A DNA stretch of 14,865 nucleotides from a virus (Duplodnaviria; Heunggongvirae; Uroviricota; Caudoviricetes): IMG/VR virus record IMGVR_UViG_3300022073_000076; one strand, written 5' to 3'. How positions within the stretch are numbered: the stretch's first letter is position 1; each line of letters begins with the position of its first letter. Positions 14,743 through 14,865 of the stretch are shown piece after piece. The translations under genes and the position numbers were made by a program. Under the pieces are notes generated by a model. That model was not told where the DNA came from, did no database searches, and worked only from the letters and a program-made list of their open reading frames with translations.

Positions 14743-14865
14743 GAGGTTGCCCCGTATTCAGTGTCGCTGATTTGTATTGTCTGAAGTTGTTTTTACGTTA
14801 AGTTGATGCAGATCAATTAATACGATACCTGCGTCATAATTGATTATTTGACGTGGTTTGATGGC

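Overview
This window is a lambdoid cryptic-prophage segment that I recognise, from protein sequences I know, as the E. coli K-12 Qin prophage region, in reverse orientation to the usual reference numbering. No search was run; all calls rest on reading the sequence and the ORF track. I do not see a clearly novel multi-gene system; the most under-explained items are an unannotated 92-codon ORF coupled to ydfU, the ynfO-ydfO pair, and several small ORFs in the cold-shock islands.

Layout, left to right:
- 1-655: truncated IS2 copy (insD fragment) that has cut off the 3' end of ydfE.
- 1513-3564, minus strand: ydfD (lysis) - dicB (division inhibitor) - dicF sRNA - ydfC - ydfB - ydfA - dicA (repressor), with a shared 16-bp operator-like motif at the two promoters.
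- 3648-4376, plus strand: dicC (Cro-like) and degenerate remnants ydfX / ydfW-like.
- 4761-5601, minus strand: flxA with a near-consensus sigma-28 promoter, and the doubtful ydfV.
- 5626-6847, plus strand: relB-relE-hokD toxin-antitoxin operon with the relO operator, then rem.
- 6914-9140, plus strand: 92-codon ORF, ydfU (DUF968/HNH-like), quuQ (Q antiterminator), a near-consensus late promoter and tR'-like terminator.
- 9431-10693: cold-shock island 1 (cspF divergent from cspB, zinc-ribbon ynfU) inserted between the late promoter and the lysis genes.
- 10913-12468, plus strand: lysis cassette essQ (dual-start pinholin), ydfR, rrrQ (SAR endolysin), rzpQ with embedded rzoQ.
- 12831-13889: cold-shock island 2 (cspI, zinc-ribbon ORF, 63-aa ORF, gnsB).
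- 14041-14742, minus strand: ydfO (DUF1398) and ynfO (ribbon-helix-helix-like).

No tRNA, rRNA or CRISPR array was seen.
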